Of a stretch of 64,000 bases of DNA, positions 54,784 through 64,000 are shown piece after piece (position 1 is the first letter of the stretch; every line of letters starts with the position of its first letter). Under the pieces are notes generated by a model. That model saw only the letters and a program-made list of their open reading frames with translations, did no database searches and was not told where the DNA came from. This stretch comes from an uncultured Gemmatimonadales bacterium (GTDB lineage: Bacteria; Gemmatimonadota; Gemmatimonadetes; Gemmatimonadales; Gemmatimonadaceae), in contig CAWKMU010000003.1 in the NCBI GenBank assembly GCA_963850905.1, positions 544,001-608,000 on the forward strand, written 5' to 3'. The position numbers were made by a program, and so were the translations under genes.

Positions 54784-55916
54784 CTACCGCTCCGCCGTCG
54801 TCGTATCGGTCACCGGTGTCACCCGGACCGGCGTCCCCGGATCGATCGCCTGCGCGGCGCCGCGCAGGAGCGTGTCGCCCGCGGCGACGCCCGCGACGAT
54901 CTGGACACGGTTCGCCTGGCCGTCTCGCATGCCGAGCTGGACGTCCACCCGTTCCACCCGCCCCTGGCGCACGCGCTCCACGACCGGCTGCAAGTTGCGG
55001 GTGTCGATCGCCGCGATGGACACCATCAGCCCGTGCGCGCTGTCGCTCACGATGCGACCGCTGGCAAAGAGTCCCGCGACGAGCGCGTTGTTCGGATTGG
55101 GCAACGTCGCGTAGACCTGCGATCTGCCGCGTACTGGGGTCCGCGATCGGGCTGATGCGCAGCACCGTGCCGCGAAAGCTGCGTTCGCCATATCCATTCA
55201 ACGAGAATGTGACCGGCTGGCCGACGCGCACCGCCGCGATCTGATCCGCCGGCACCGAAGCTTCCAGTTGCAGTTGCGACGGGTCGACGACGGTGAACAC
55301 CAGCGTCCCCACCTGGACGACGTCACCCGCACTCACGTCGCGGTCCGCGACGACCCCGGCAAACGGCGCGCGGATGATCGTGTAGCCCGAGCTGCTTCTC
55401 GGCGGTCACCAGCCGCGCCCGCGCGTCGGCCAATGCCGCCTGTGCCTGCGCGTTCTGCTGCACGACCGTCTCGATGTCGCTGCTCGAGACGGCACCCGCC
55501 TTGTACAACGTGTCGTAGCGCTGGGCCTGGCGTGCCGCGTAGTCGGCGGCCGTCTGCGCGGACGTCACGGCGGACCGCGCCGAGAGCTCGGCGTCGCGCA
55601 GCCCCGCGGCGTCGATCTCCGCGAGCACCTGCCCGTTGGACACGTGCTGCCCCTGTTCCGCATCGATCCGCACGACGGATCCGCTGACCTGCGTGCGCAG
55701 CTGCGCGTTCCGTACCGGCGCGAGCGTGCCGGAGATCACCGGCCCGGTCCGCAACACACCTTCGGTGACAACCGCAATGTTCTCGGGTCCAATCTGCGTC
55801 GGCGGCTGCACCCCCGACCCCGCAGCCGACCCGCGACTACACGCGACGATCGCCGCCAGGCACGCCAAATGGAGGGGCGATGCATGCGTCGCCCGCCGTT
55901 GACGCGTCGCCCTCAT
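54784..55916 (-). CDS. RND periplasmic adaptor (MFP) lipoprotein; frameshifts near 55390 and 55130
   Basis: Lipobox IVAC; GPVISGTL, IIRAPFAGVV, LQLEASVP, LVAGLFASGRI, GV.AGD.LL. Confidence 0.85.
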
Positions 55917-57826
55917 TGTACGGAATTTCCAGGCGTACCGGTGCTCGTCATCGTCGCCGGCGTAGGAGTAGCCGACCCCGGTGCACCCGGCACCCCGGGC
56001 GCGCCCGGAGCGCCTGGCGCGCCCGGCACGGTGGGCGGCGCGCCCTGCGGCGGCGCGCCTTGCTGCGGCGACGTCGTGCTCGACGGGCTCCCCTGCGAAG
56101 CGCTCTGGGCCGCGCTCGCTCCGGCTTGCGACGTGTTGCTCAGTGGCAGGTCGGCGATGAGCGCGAGATAGATCCGCGCGACTTGCAGGTTCCGCGCAGC
56201 CTGCGCCCGGTTGGCGAGCGCCTGCTCCTGCGCCAGCCGCTGATTCGTGAGCTCGGTCTGCGTCGAGATCCCCTCCCGATACCGCAACTCGGCGATCTGG
56301 TACGCCCGCGCCGCCTGACTCACCGTCCCCACCGTCGCACGCCACGCCGCGTCCGACTGTCGCAGGTTCGCAATGGCCGTACGTGCGTCCAGCGCAGCCA
56401 GCTCACGGGTCTGCTGCAAACGCGCCTGCGCCTCGATGAGATTTGCGCGCGCCACCAGGATGTCCCCGTTGATGTGCCCTCCCGTGAACACGGGTACGGT
56501 GAAGCCCAGAGCCACATTCCAGTTGGTGAGAAAGTCCGGCAGCGACGGAATGCCGACCGGATACGCAATCCGCTGGTAAAAGGAGCTCAGTGAGAGGGTC
56601 GGCAGTCGCTCCGACACCGCCAGCCGGCGCAGCGCCGCCTCCTCCTTGACCGTCTCCACTTGTTCGCGCACGGCCGAGCGGCGGGCGACTGCCGTGTCGA
56701 GCGGCTGCGCGATCGTGTCCGTCGTGGTCACGACGCCGTTCGGACCGACGCTCGTCGCGAGTGACACCAGGTGCACGCCATCCGGAGCCGCAGTGGAGTC
56801 CTCGACGTCGGTCGTCAGGGTCACCGCCGCGTCGAGTGGAAGCTTGAGCAGTTGCTTGAGCCGGTAGTACGCAATGTCGCGATCGCCGCGACGCTGGATC
56901 ACGACAGGGACTTGATTGTTCCGAGTGACCTGTGATTGCAGCAGGTCGAAATCGCTCTGCGTCCCGACATGTGTCCCGACCTGCGCCTGCCGGTAGGTCT
57001 GATCCGCTTCGACCAACGTGGACTCGGCGATCGTCACGAGCCGGTCGGCGAGCGCTGCGTCGTAGTACGCTTGCGTCACGTCGTACGTGACCTGGGCCGT
57101 CTGCGCCCGCACCTCGATCTCGGCTGAGCGACGGGGCGAGGATGCAGCCTGGTTCTGCGCGAGGACCTGGCCGCTGAAGATGGTCTGCGAGAAGTTGAGA
57201 CCGAGGCTGTATTGATTGAGGGCGCCGAACCCGACGCTGCTGAAGTTGATGCCGTTCACGCCGCTGGGACACGATTGTGCAGCATTGAACGCCGCCTGTC
57301 GCTCTCCCGGCGTCGCGAGCGTATCGAGCCGCGGCGTGCACAACGCCTGCAGCGTCGAGGGACTCGGCTCGGACGTGGTGCTGCCCCCAAAGACGCGGTT
57401 GAACGCGGAGTACTGCGTCAACAGCGTGCGGGTATACGCGCCAGCGATCGACAGCTGCGGGAACCATCCCGAGCGGGCCTGTTGGACTTGCCCGCGCGCC
57501 CGCATGATGCCGGCTTGCGCGATCCCGACTGCCTCGCTTTTCAGTACCGCGATCCGGACTGCTTCCGCCAGCGAAAGCGGGTGTGCAGCCGGCGGCTGGG
57601 CGGCCTGAGCGGTCGTGTCGAAGCTCGCGGCGTTCGGCCCGGCGGACGGCGGCGCGACGGCCTGCCCCTCGACCACTCCCGCCGTGAGCAGCACACGCCC
57701 GATGAGGGCGCCAGCGAGCCATGCGCGGACGCCGCGAGGTAAGATCACGCGGCGCGGCGGAGGCGCGTGGCCCCCGACGCACGAGAGAGGAGACAGAGGA
57801 GGGGAGATGAACCGGACTGCATGCAT
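55913..57826 (-). CDS. TolC family outer membrane efflux protein
   Basis: LSLAEAVRIA, ARSGWFPQL, VTQAYYD, VPVFTGG, AELRYREGI. Confidence 0.88.
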   Translation of the reverse strand: MHAVRFISPPLSPLSCVGGHAPPPRRVILPRGVRAWLAGALIGRVLLTAGVVEGQAVAPPSAGPNAASFDTTAQAAQPPAAHPLSLAEAVRIAVLKSEAVGIAQAGIMRARGQVQQARSGWFPQLSIAGAYTRTLLTQYSAFNRVFGGSTTSEPSPSTLQALCTPRLDTLATPGERQAAFNAAQSCPSGVNGINFSSVGFGALNQYSLGLNFSQTIFSGQVLAQNQAASSPRRSAEIEVRAQTAQVTYDVTQAYYDAALADRLVTIAESTLVEADQTYRQAQVGTHVGTQSDFDLLQSQVTRNNQVPVVIQRRGDRDIAYYRLKQLLKLPLDAAVTLTTDVEDSTAAPDGVHLVSLATSVGPNGVVTTTDTIAQPLDTAVARRSAVREQVETVKEEAALRRLAVSERLPTLSLSSFYQRIAYPVGIPSLPDFLTNWNVALGFTVPVFTGGHINGDILVARANLIEAQARLQQTRELAALDARTAIANLRQSDAAWRATVGTVSQAARAYQIAELRYREGISTQTELTNQRLAQEQALANRAQAARNLQVARIYLALIADLPLSNTSQAGASAAQSASQGSPSSTTSPQQGAPPQGAPPTVPGAPGAPGAPGVPGAPGSATPTPATMTSTGTPGNSVQ

Positions 57827-57899
57827 CACGCCTTCAAAAGGTAGTCTCCTTTCTCCGTTCTGCAGTTCTCCTGTCTGGGGACGCGACGCGCGCGACGCG

Positions 57900-58838
57900 C
57901 TAGCCTCCACCCGGCTCCTGCCCGCGTGCAATGGGCGCGCGGACCGTGTTGCCCCACTCCGTCCAGCTGCCATCGTAGTTCCGCACACGGTCATATCCCA
58001 GCAAGTACGTGAGGACAAACCACGTGTGTGACGATCGCTCCCCGATGCGGCAGTACGCGATCACGTCGTCGCTGGCCTTGAGTCCCTGCTCCGTCTCATA
58101 GATCGCGCGTAGCTCCGGCGCGGTCTTGAACGTGCCGTCCGGGTTGGCGGCACGAGCCCACGGAACGCTCTTCGCGCTGGGAATGTGTCCGCCGCGTAGT
58201 GTGCCCTCCTGCGGGTAATCCGGCATATGCAGCCGCTCACCGGTGTACTCCTGCGGTGACCGCACGTCCACGAGCTGGCCGTGTGCGCCCAGATGGCGGC
58301 GCACGTCGGGGCTGAACGCGCGAATGGGCTCATCGGATCGCTCGCCCGCCACGAATCGCGTCGCCGGATAGCGCGGGACGTCCGTCGTCATCGGCCGCGA
58401 TTCGGATTCCCACTTGCTGCGGCCCCCATCGAGCAGCGCGACGTTGTTGAAGCCAAACAGTTGAAAGACCCAGAAGGCGTACGCCGCCCACCAGTTGTTC
58501 TTGTCCCCATAGAACACGACCGTGGTCGTGTCGTCGATGCCGAGCCGGCGGAGCAGCGCCTGGAACTGGGCGACGGAGAGGTAGTCGCGCACGACGGGAT
58601 CGTTGAGATCCTCGTGCCAATCGATCTTCTGGGCGCCGGGAATGTGCCCGGAGTCGTACAACAGCACATCCTCGTCGCTTTCGAGCACGCGGATGTGTGG
58701 ATCATCGAGGTGCTGCGCGAGCCACGTAGTCGTGACGAGCACGTCGGGATGCACATATCCCTTGGCCGCAATCGTCGGGTCGACTGCGCCGGCGGTGATC
58801 GTCGGGGAAGCGCGGGGCGTCATGGTTGCGGGTGCCAT
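57900..58838 (-). CDS. Tandem-rhodanese sulfurtransferase (SseA/CysA2-like)
   Basis: [52 protein letters not shown]. Confidence 0.93.
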   Translation of the reverse strand: MAPATMTPRASPTITAGAVDPTIAAKGYVHPDVLVTTTWLAQHLDDPHIRVLESDEDVLLYDSGHIPGAQKIDWHEDLNDPVVRDYLSVAQFQALLRRLGIDDTTTVVFYGDKNNWWAAYAFWVFQLFGFNNVALLDGGRSKWESESRPMTTDVPRYPATRFVAGERSDEPIRAFSPDVRRHLGAHGQLVDVRSPQEYTGERLHMPDYPQEGTLRGGHIPSAKSVPWARAANPDGTFKTAPELRAIYETEQGLKASDDVIAYCRIGERSSHTWFVLTYLLGYDRVRNYDGSWTEWGNTVRAPIARGQEPGGG

Positions 58839-59017
58839 CGGTGAGTCTCCACGGAGAATCCGGAATTGGGCGGCCTGCAAAAAACAGACGGGTCGTACGA
58901 ACGAGCGCGCGTCTCTCGCCGCTGCTCCAACATCTGCACTCGTCTAGACAAAAACGGCCGCCTCAAGAGAGCGGCCGATTGAGCATGGGCGTAGCCTACT
59001 TGAGGCGGCGGGGAGGG

Positions 59018-59428
59018 TCAAGGGAAACGCGTGGCGCTGCGATCGGCCGTTCGTACGAGCCCAGCGAGCAGGACCAGCCCCACCAGCGTCGCCCCGGACG
59101 AGAGCGGCGGTCGGTCGAGGATCAGGATCTCGGTCGCGCCCGCGCCGAGCATGAGTGCGCTCAGGGCCACGGTGCCCGCGACGGTCGTCCGCGGATACGC
59201 GAGTAAGGCCGCCCCGGCCAGCTCGTACAGCCCGACCGCATACCGGAACCACTGCCCCAGGCCGACCATGGCAAACAGCGTGACGGCCGGGGACACCCCC
59301 GCGAGCTTCCCCGCCCCTGCGCCCACAAACACCAGGACGAGCAACCAGCGAAGCCATGGAATCACCCGCTCCGGCGATCGAGTCCCGGCCGCACGCACGG
59401 CGCGATCGGAGCGCGGCGCGTGCGTCAT
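59018..59428 (-). CDS. DoxX family membrane protein
   Basis: LLVLVFVGAG.GKLAG, F...G.GQWFRYAVG..E..GA.LL..P. Confidence 0.8.
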   Translation of the reverse strand: MTHAPRSDRAVRAAGTRSPERVIPWLRWLLVLVFVGAGAGKLAGVSPAVTLFAMVGLGQWFRYAVGLYELAGAALLAYPRTTVAGTVALSALMLGAGATEILILDRPPLSSGATLVGLVLLAGLVRTADRSATRFP

Positions 59429-59472
59429 CGAATCGGACCGCCCACTCGGTTGCTGCACCAATCCTCGTCGCG

Positions 59473-60339
59473 TTACGGGATGACGTAGCGAATTGACAGG
59501 CGCCATGTCGTGAGATCCGTGGGCACCGAGTACACTTCGGCCGCCGCATCCAGGCCGCTCACGATGGGCACGCTGATCCCGCCGAAAAGGGCCACGCAAT
59601 GCAGGGAGACCTCGACCAACGTGTGATCAGTCGCGTCGTCCAGATTGGTGAACCCGACACGGAAATGCGGGTCCATCCAGTTGTAACCGAGGCCGGCGAA
59701 ACCACCGAGCCCGTGATGGTTCGCCACGCCGACCGTCGCATTCGCGCCGATTGCGTTGGGATAGAAGGTGTCGGACGACTCCTGGGTCCCGTAGCACGGC
59801 TCGTTGGCGTCGGTCTGCTGCAACGCGCTCGAGGGGCACGTGATCGGCCCGACGACGCGCCCGAGTGTCCCGAAGAAGCGGCCGCCGATCGTCACGGTCG
59901 GCCCACTCTCCGACGGCGCGACGAGGTAGTCCGCGTACGTGAGGGCGAAGTTGAAAATGTTCGGTTGCGCTTCATCGATCGTGATCGGCGGGAGATAACT
60001 GAGCTCGATGCCGAATCCCGCCGGCAGGCCCAGCGCCACACGGAGCCGCGGCAGGACCGGCGAGAGGTGCGTGCCCTCTTGCTTCGACTCGTAGCAGAAG
60101 CTCGTCTGACTGATCGACGCGCTCGGCGCAGGCACCCCCGTCAGCTCGCCCGTCAGCGCGACGTGCCACGGCGCGAGGACCGTCGGTAGGTCGAGCGCGG
60201 CGAAGTTGAGGGGCGCCTCGTAGTGCGCCAACAACAACGCCTCGTTGCTGTTGGTCGGCGGAAAACACTGCGCAAACGCGGTCGCAGGAATCGCGCTCAG
60301 GACTACGGCGCCGACTGCGTGCACGGCGACCAACCTCAT
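59473..60339 (-). CDS. Hypothetical exported protein, probably an outer-membrane beta-barrel
   Basis: Signal peptide ending AFA/Q; alternating beta-strand pattern; paired Cys in loops; C-terminus TWRLSIRY. Confidence 0.6.
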   Translation of the reverse strand: MRLVAVHAVGAVVLSAIPATAFAQCFPPTNSNEALLLAHYEAPLNFAALDLPTVLAPWHVALTGELTGVPAPSASISQTSFCYESKQEGTHLSPVLPRLRVALGLPAGFGIELSYLPPITIDEAQPNIFNFALTYADYLVAPSESGPTVTIGGRFFGTLGRVVGPITCPSSALQQTDANEPCYGTQESSDTFYPNAIGANATVGVANHHGLGGFAGLGYNWMDPHFRVGFTNLDDATDHTLVEVSLHCVALFGGISVPIVSGLDAAAEVYSVPTDLTTWRLSIRYVIP

Positions 60340-60743
60340 TGCGCCACCAGCGTGCCGTGCATGTACGGATGAATGTTGCAGTGCCACGTATAGGTACCCG
60401 CCTTGGTGAACGTACGGACGGAGTCCGCGTTGCTCGTCGCCTCAATGTTTGCGAGCGTCACCGGTCCGCTGTCGAAAATCACGGTGTGCGCCACATCGAG
60501 AAACGAGAACGTCACCTGGGTGCCCGCACTGACCGTGTCGGGTGAGGGGCTGTAGTAGTACTGGCCACCACTCGTGTTCCCGAATCCGTTGTTGGAGCCC
60601 GACGATCCGGACGCAACGATGGTGCTACTCCGTCCGCCGAGCGGGAGGCTTGGGCCCATGCTGCTGCCGCCACCACTGCACGCCGCCAGGGCGAGTGCGC
60701 CGAAGGCCGAGCTCAACACCAGGCGCCGTTTCGAGTGTGTCAT
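60336..60743 (-). CDS. Plastocyanin/amicyanin-like cupredoxin lipoprotein
   Basis: Lipobox LAAC; AHTV and GTY.WHCNIHPYMHG give type-1 Cu ligands H, C, H, M. Confidence 0.88.
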   Translation of the reverse strand: MTHSKRRLVLSSAFGALALAACSGGGSSMGPSLPLGGRSSTIVASGSSGSNNGFGNTSGGQYYYSPSPDTVSAGTQVTFSFLDVAHTVIFDSGPVTLANIEATSNADSVRTFTKAGTYTWHCNIHPYMHGTLVAQ

Positions 60744-60927
60744 GCCACACGCTCCATGCGAAATGAGCACAGGACCCGGCGCCGCGGCCCGGTGGTCGTC
60801 CCCTCGACGAACCCCGGTCGTGCAACGCGTCGTTCGATTCCTGTGTCGGGTCAACCTAGGCGCGATCGCCGCGCCTCGCAGCGATCGTGGGGTGAATGAC
60901 TACCATCGGGGGGCGAACCCGCCCTCG

Positions 60928-61797
60928 CTACAGGGCGCGGTCGAGCAGTGCTTGGACTGCCGCCCGGTACCGCCTCCCCGTTGTCAACTTCGTGCCGTCG
61001 CCAAGAATCAGGACGTAATCGCCAGCGAACCACGGCTGCACCTCACGGATCCGCTCGACGTTGACAATCGTGGATCGATGGATGCGGAGAAACGACTGCG
61101 CTGGCAATCGGTGCTCGAGGTGGGTCAGCGTCTCGCGCATGATGTGCGTCTCACGCCCGACGTGGAGCCGGACGTAATTGTCCATCGCCTCGATCCAGTC
61201 GACGTCCGCGGTTCGCACGAATATCACCCGGCCATCGCCTTTGATCGCCAACCGCGCCACGCCGCCGCGCGCCGCTCCCGCAGTCGTGGCGACGGCCGCA
61301 GACACTTCCGCGACCAGCGCGGCCAGCCGGGAGCGCACATCGTGGTCTTCGTCGCGATCGGCCGTCTCGCCGAGTCAATGTTTGGCGCGGCCGATGGCCT
61401 CCATCAGGCGATCACGATCGACGGGTTTGAGGACGTAGTCGACCGCGTGCACTTCGAACGCACGGACCGCGTGCGCGTCGGATGCCGTCACGAAAATGAC
61501 TGCGGGCATGCGATCTGTCCCGATCGCGCGGAGGACACCGAACCCGTCGATCTCCGGCATCTGGATGTCCAGCAGCACGAGATCAGGCTCGTCACCAGTG
61601 ATGCGCGTGACAGCGTCGGCGCCATTGCCGCACTCGCCGACGATCATGAGATCGCTTTCGTCCTGCAGCAGCTCGCGGAGACGCGCGCGCGCCAGCGGCT
61701 CGTCGTCAACGATCAGGACGCGCAGCCGGTGATCGCTTGCCGCCTTGGCCGGCGCGCGCGTGGACGCCGGGCTCGGCGCCGCGATGCGTTCAGTCAT
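60928..61797 (-). CDS. LytR/AlgR family response regulator interrupted by an in-frame TGA at 61375-61377
   Basis: REC (IVDDEPLAR, LDIQMPE.DG, DYVLKP) and LytTR (WIEA.DNYV.LH, FLRIHRS.IVN) are in the same frame. Confidence 0.88.
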
Positions 61798-63194
61798 TCC
61801 CGGTACGGGACGTCGATTTCAACCATGAAGCCAGCTCCAGGAGCGGTCGAGACCTGCAGCCGTTGGCGCGATCCGTACAAATACTGCAACCGTGCGCGTG
61901 TGTTCCCCAGCCCCACGCCCTCTCGCGCGAGCGACCCGGTCGGGCTCAGCTCCGAGCCGACCCCATCGTCCGTCACGCGGATCCGAAGGTCGGGACCCGT
62001 CCGTACAATGTCGACCGCGACCGTGCCCCCCGCGGCCCGTGGCCCGAGTCCGTGACGAATGGCGTTCTCCACGAGCGGCTGCAGGAGCAGGTTGGGCACA
62101 ATGGCTTGTCGCACATCCGGAGCGGCCTCGACGTGAACGGCGAGCCGATCCTGGAAGCGCAAACGCTGGATCGCCACGTAGTGGCCCAGAAGCTCGAGCT
62201 CGCGCTCGAGACGCACCTCGTGATCGCCCGATCGCGTCAGCGACAACCGCAAGAGCTCGCCGAGCCCGTGGATCGTGCGCTGGGCCGCGCGCGGATCGCC
62301 GGGAATGAGGGCACTGATCGTGTTGAGCGCGTTGAACAGAAAGTGCGGCTGCAGCTGATGCTTGAGTCCCTCGAGCTGCGCGCGCGCCAGTCGCGCCTCC
62401 AGGCGGTCACGCTCGTGCGAGGCGTGGAAGTAGGAGCGAACGAGTCGTTCCTGCCACGTCGTCGCATAGGTCGCGACAGCGCCGGCGACAGCCAGGAGGA
62501 GCAGCTTCGCACCCTCGTCGAGCGGCGCGATCGCCGTGCCCGAGACGGCCGCCAGTGGACTCGCCGTCAGCTCCACCCAATGCGTGCCCAGGACGAACGC
62601 GAGCAGCAGCGCGTACTGGCCAACAGTGAGCGCGGCGACGGCCGCGGCCCGCCGCGTGGAGGAGGTGATCGGGCGCGCCGCGAGAATGACGAAGTATGCG
62701 AGGTACATGGGCGCCTTGAGCCCGAGCGCGGCCGAGTCGGCGATCGCGTATCCCGCCATGCTCGCGGTTACCGCGGTGATGTCGACGATGGGATTCGCGA
62801 TCGTGAGCCACCCCGGCAGTCTCGGCCGGCGGTACCAGAGCAGATACTGGCCGAGCGTCCAGATCAGCATCGGCACGAGCAACGAGAGGTTGACCAGCCG
62901 GAGCGTGGGGGTCAGTTCGGGTGCGTACGCCAGTGCCGCGGTTGCGAGCAGCGCCAACACCAGCGCGCGCACCGTGTTGAGTTGCCGTTCCGCCCGATCC
63001 CGTAGCTGGGCGAGCGGTTCTCCCGGAAGCGCGGCCACCAACCCTTCGTCGAGGGGCGTGCTCGGCCATTGCCCCGGGGCGACTGCGCCCGCTGGACCAT
63101 CGCTCGGCGGCCTCGCCGACTCGGGCTCTCTCGCCAGCATCGATTGCGGCATGGGGGATGGAACCGTGCACGGTCCGGAACGGGTTCCCTGCAT
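61794..63194 (-). CDS. LytS family sensor histidine kinase (start may be 63152)
   Basis: LKHQLQPHFLFNALN, ELELL..Y..IQ.LRF, LLQPLVENAIRHG, DDGVG, GVGL.N..RL; 5-6 TMs. Confidence 0.92.
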   Translation of the reverse strand: MQGTRSGPCTVPSPMPQSMLAREPESARPPSDGPAGAVAPGQWPSTPLDEGLVAALPGEPLAQLRDRAERQLNTVRALVLALLATAALAYAPELTPTLRLVNLSLLVPMLIWTLGQYLLWYRRPRLPGWLTIANPIVDITAVTASMAGYAIADSAALGLKAPMYLAYFVILAARPITSSTRRAAAVAALTVGQYALLLAFVLGTHWVELTASPLAAVSGTAIAPLDEGAKLLLLAVAGAVATYATTWQERLVRSYFHASHERDRLEARLARAQLEGLKHQLQPHFLFNALNTISALIPGDPRAAQRTIHGLGELLRLSLTRSGDHEVRLERELELLGHYVAIQRLRFQDRLAVHVEAAPDVRQAIVPNLLLQPLVENAIRHGLGPRAAGGTVAVDIVRTGPDLRIRVTDDGVGSELSPTGSLAREGVGLGNTRARLQYLYGSRQRLQVSTAPGAGFMVEIDVPYRE

Positions 63195-63294
63195 ATTGAC
63201 GGGTTGAGACCCGCCGGGCCAGCGGGCAGCGCCGTGCCAGCACGGGAAACATTATGTTCTCTATGCAACGGCCGCTCGCGCGGCCGAGCGTGGG

Positions 63295-63317
63295 GTAGGG
63301 GCGACGCATGGGTCGCC
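63295..63317 (+). repeat. Degenerate GTAG REP hairpin
   Basis: GTAGGGGCGACGCATGGGTCGCC. Confidence 0.75.
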
Positions 63318-63387
63318 TTCCGTGCGCAATCACGTTGGTCAAGAATAAGGACCGCCGGAGCCTCGCCAATCGGAGGGTATCCGAGTC

Positions 63388-64000
63388 ATGATCCGAAGGC
63401 CCGCCGCCCGTTCCCACCCTGGGCTGATCCGTGCGGCGCTGTGCACCGCAGTCGCCGCGAGCGCTGCCGGATCGCCGAGCCGCGCACAATCGCCCTCGAC
63501 ACGATCGGCCCGCGCCGAGCCGGCGGGGGCCTTTACCTATGCGCCCGGCACCCGGCGATACGAGCTCACGACCGTCGTCTCGCGCTCGCAGAATCAGGCG
63601 GGCGGGCGCGCGCCGTTCGAGTTCAGCACCACGACAACAATGGCCGTCACGTTGACGCTGGCGCGGCGTGCACGGGATACACTCGCCCTCATGCTCACGA
63701 TCGATTCCGTCGCGGTCACGTCGGATCTCAATGCGCCGCCTGCGGACATCTCGGCCTACAAGGGCGCGAAGCTCATCGGGCTCATTTCGCCCCAAGGCAG
63801 GATCTATCGCTTCGAGCCGCCCGCCCACGCGAACAACCCTCTGCCGTCCCTCTATCGGTCATTCCAACGATTCCTGGTGCCGTTCCCGAGTGGCGACATC
63901 GCGCCGGGCGCTGTGTGGAGTGATACCACGACGACGCCAGTCCAAGTCGGCGGCTTCGAAACGAAGACGGTGGCGATCGTGAGCTCCAGGATCGCCGCGG
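63388..64000 (+). CDS. Hypothetical secreted beta-rich protein, runs off the window
   Basis: GGAGG RBS, ATG at 63388, open to the end: MIRRPAARS..signal..FTYAPGTRRYELTT..TIDSV..PGAVWSDTTT. Confidence 0.7.
   Translation, partial: MIRRPAARSHPGLIRAALCTAVAASAAGSPSRAQSPSTRSARAEPAGAFTYAPGTRRYELTTVVSRSQNQAGGRAPFEFSTTTTMAVTLTLARRARDTLALMLTIDSVAVTSDLNAPPADISAYKGAKLIGLISPQGRIYRFEPPAHANNPLPSLYRSFQRFLVPFPSGDIAPGAVWSDTTTTPVQVGGFETKTVAIVSSRIAA

Noticed and set aside
55960..56060. PGA-repeat tail of TolC as a collagen-like or repeat element
   Set aside because: Short low-complexity Pro/Gly/Ala coding tail with no further support.
61375..61377. Selenocysteine at the in-frame TGA
   Set aside because: It is a linker position with no Cys role, and no SECIS-like hairpin was recognised.
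63224..63239. sigma54 promoter upstream of the LytS kinase (TGGCACGgcgcTGC)
   Set aside because: Spacing is GG-N9-GC rather than the required N10.

Overview
High-GC (~70%) bacterial chromosomal DNA, gene-dense and mostly housekeeping or envelope genes; the gene set and style suggest Gemmatimonadota (inference). In order: the tail of a probable DNA methyltransferase coupled to an SF2/SNF2-like helicase, idi, a D-aminoacylase-like amidohydrolase, a HAD hydrolase, an ECF sigma/anti-sigma/2x DUF4097 operon, YccA, a GT-C membrane protein, OmpA/DUF4398, an SPL-like radical SAM protein, thiC with a TPP riboswitch, two convergent tandem-FHA proteins, a suf operon with two SufU and a Rieske ferredoxin, Mo/W and ABC-2 transporters, a DUF883/holin-like/DUF3618 trio, two RND efflux systems, thrBC, bacilliredoxin, two signal peptidases, SWIB, pruA, a sulfurtransferase, a cupredoxin and LytS/LytTR. 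About ten genes carry indel frameshifts, most likely read or assembly errors. The most unusual structure is non-coding: about 16 GTAG-type REP hairpins, nearly all on the + strand. Several sit inside a modular element made of inverted 7-bp tandem-repeat arms, a covarying accessory hairpin and the REP. Two copies share an 81/82-identical core but have different heptamer arms, and several copies have been absorbed into protein termini. No transposase, CRISPR array, rRNA or tRNA was seen. All calls come from motifs read by eye; no searches were run.
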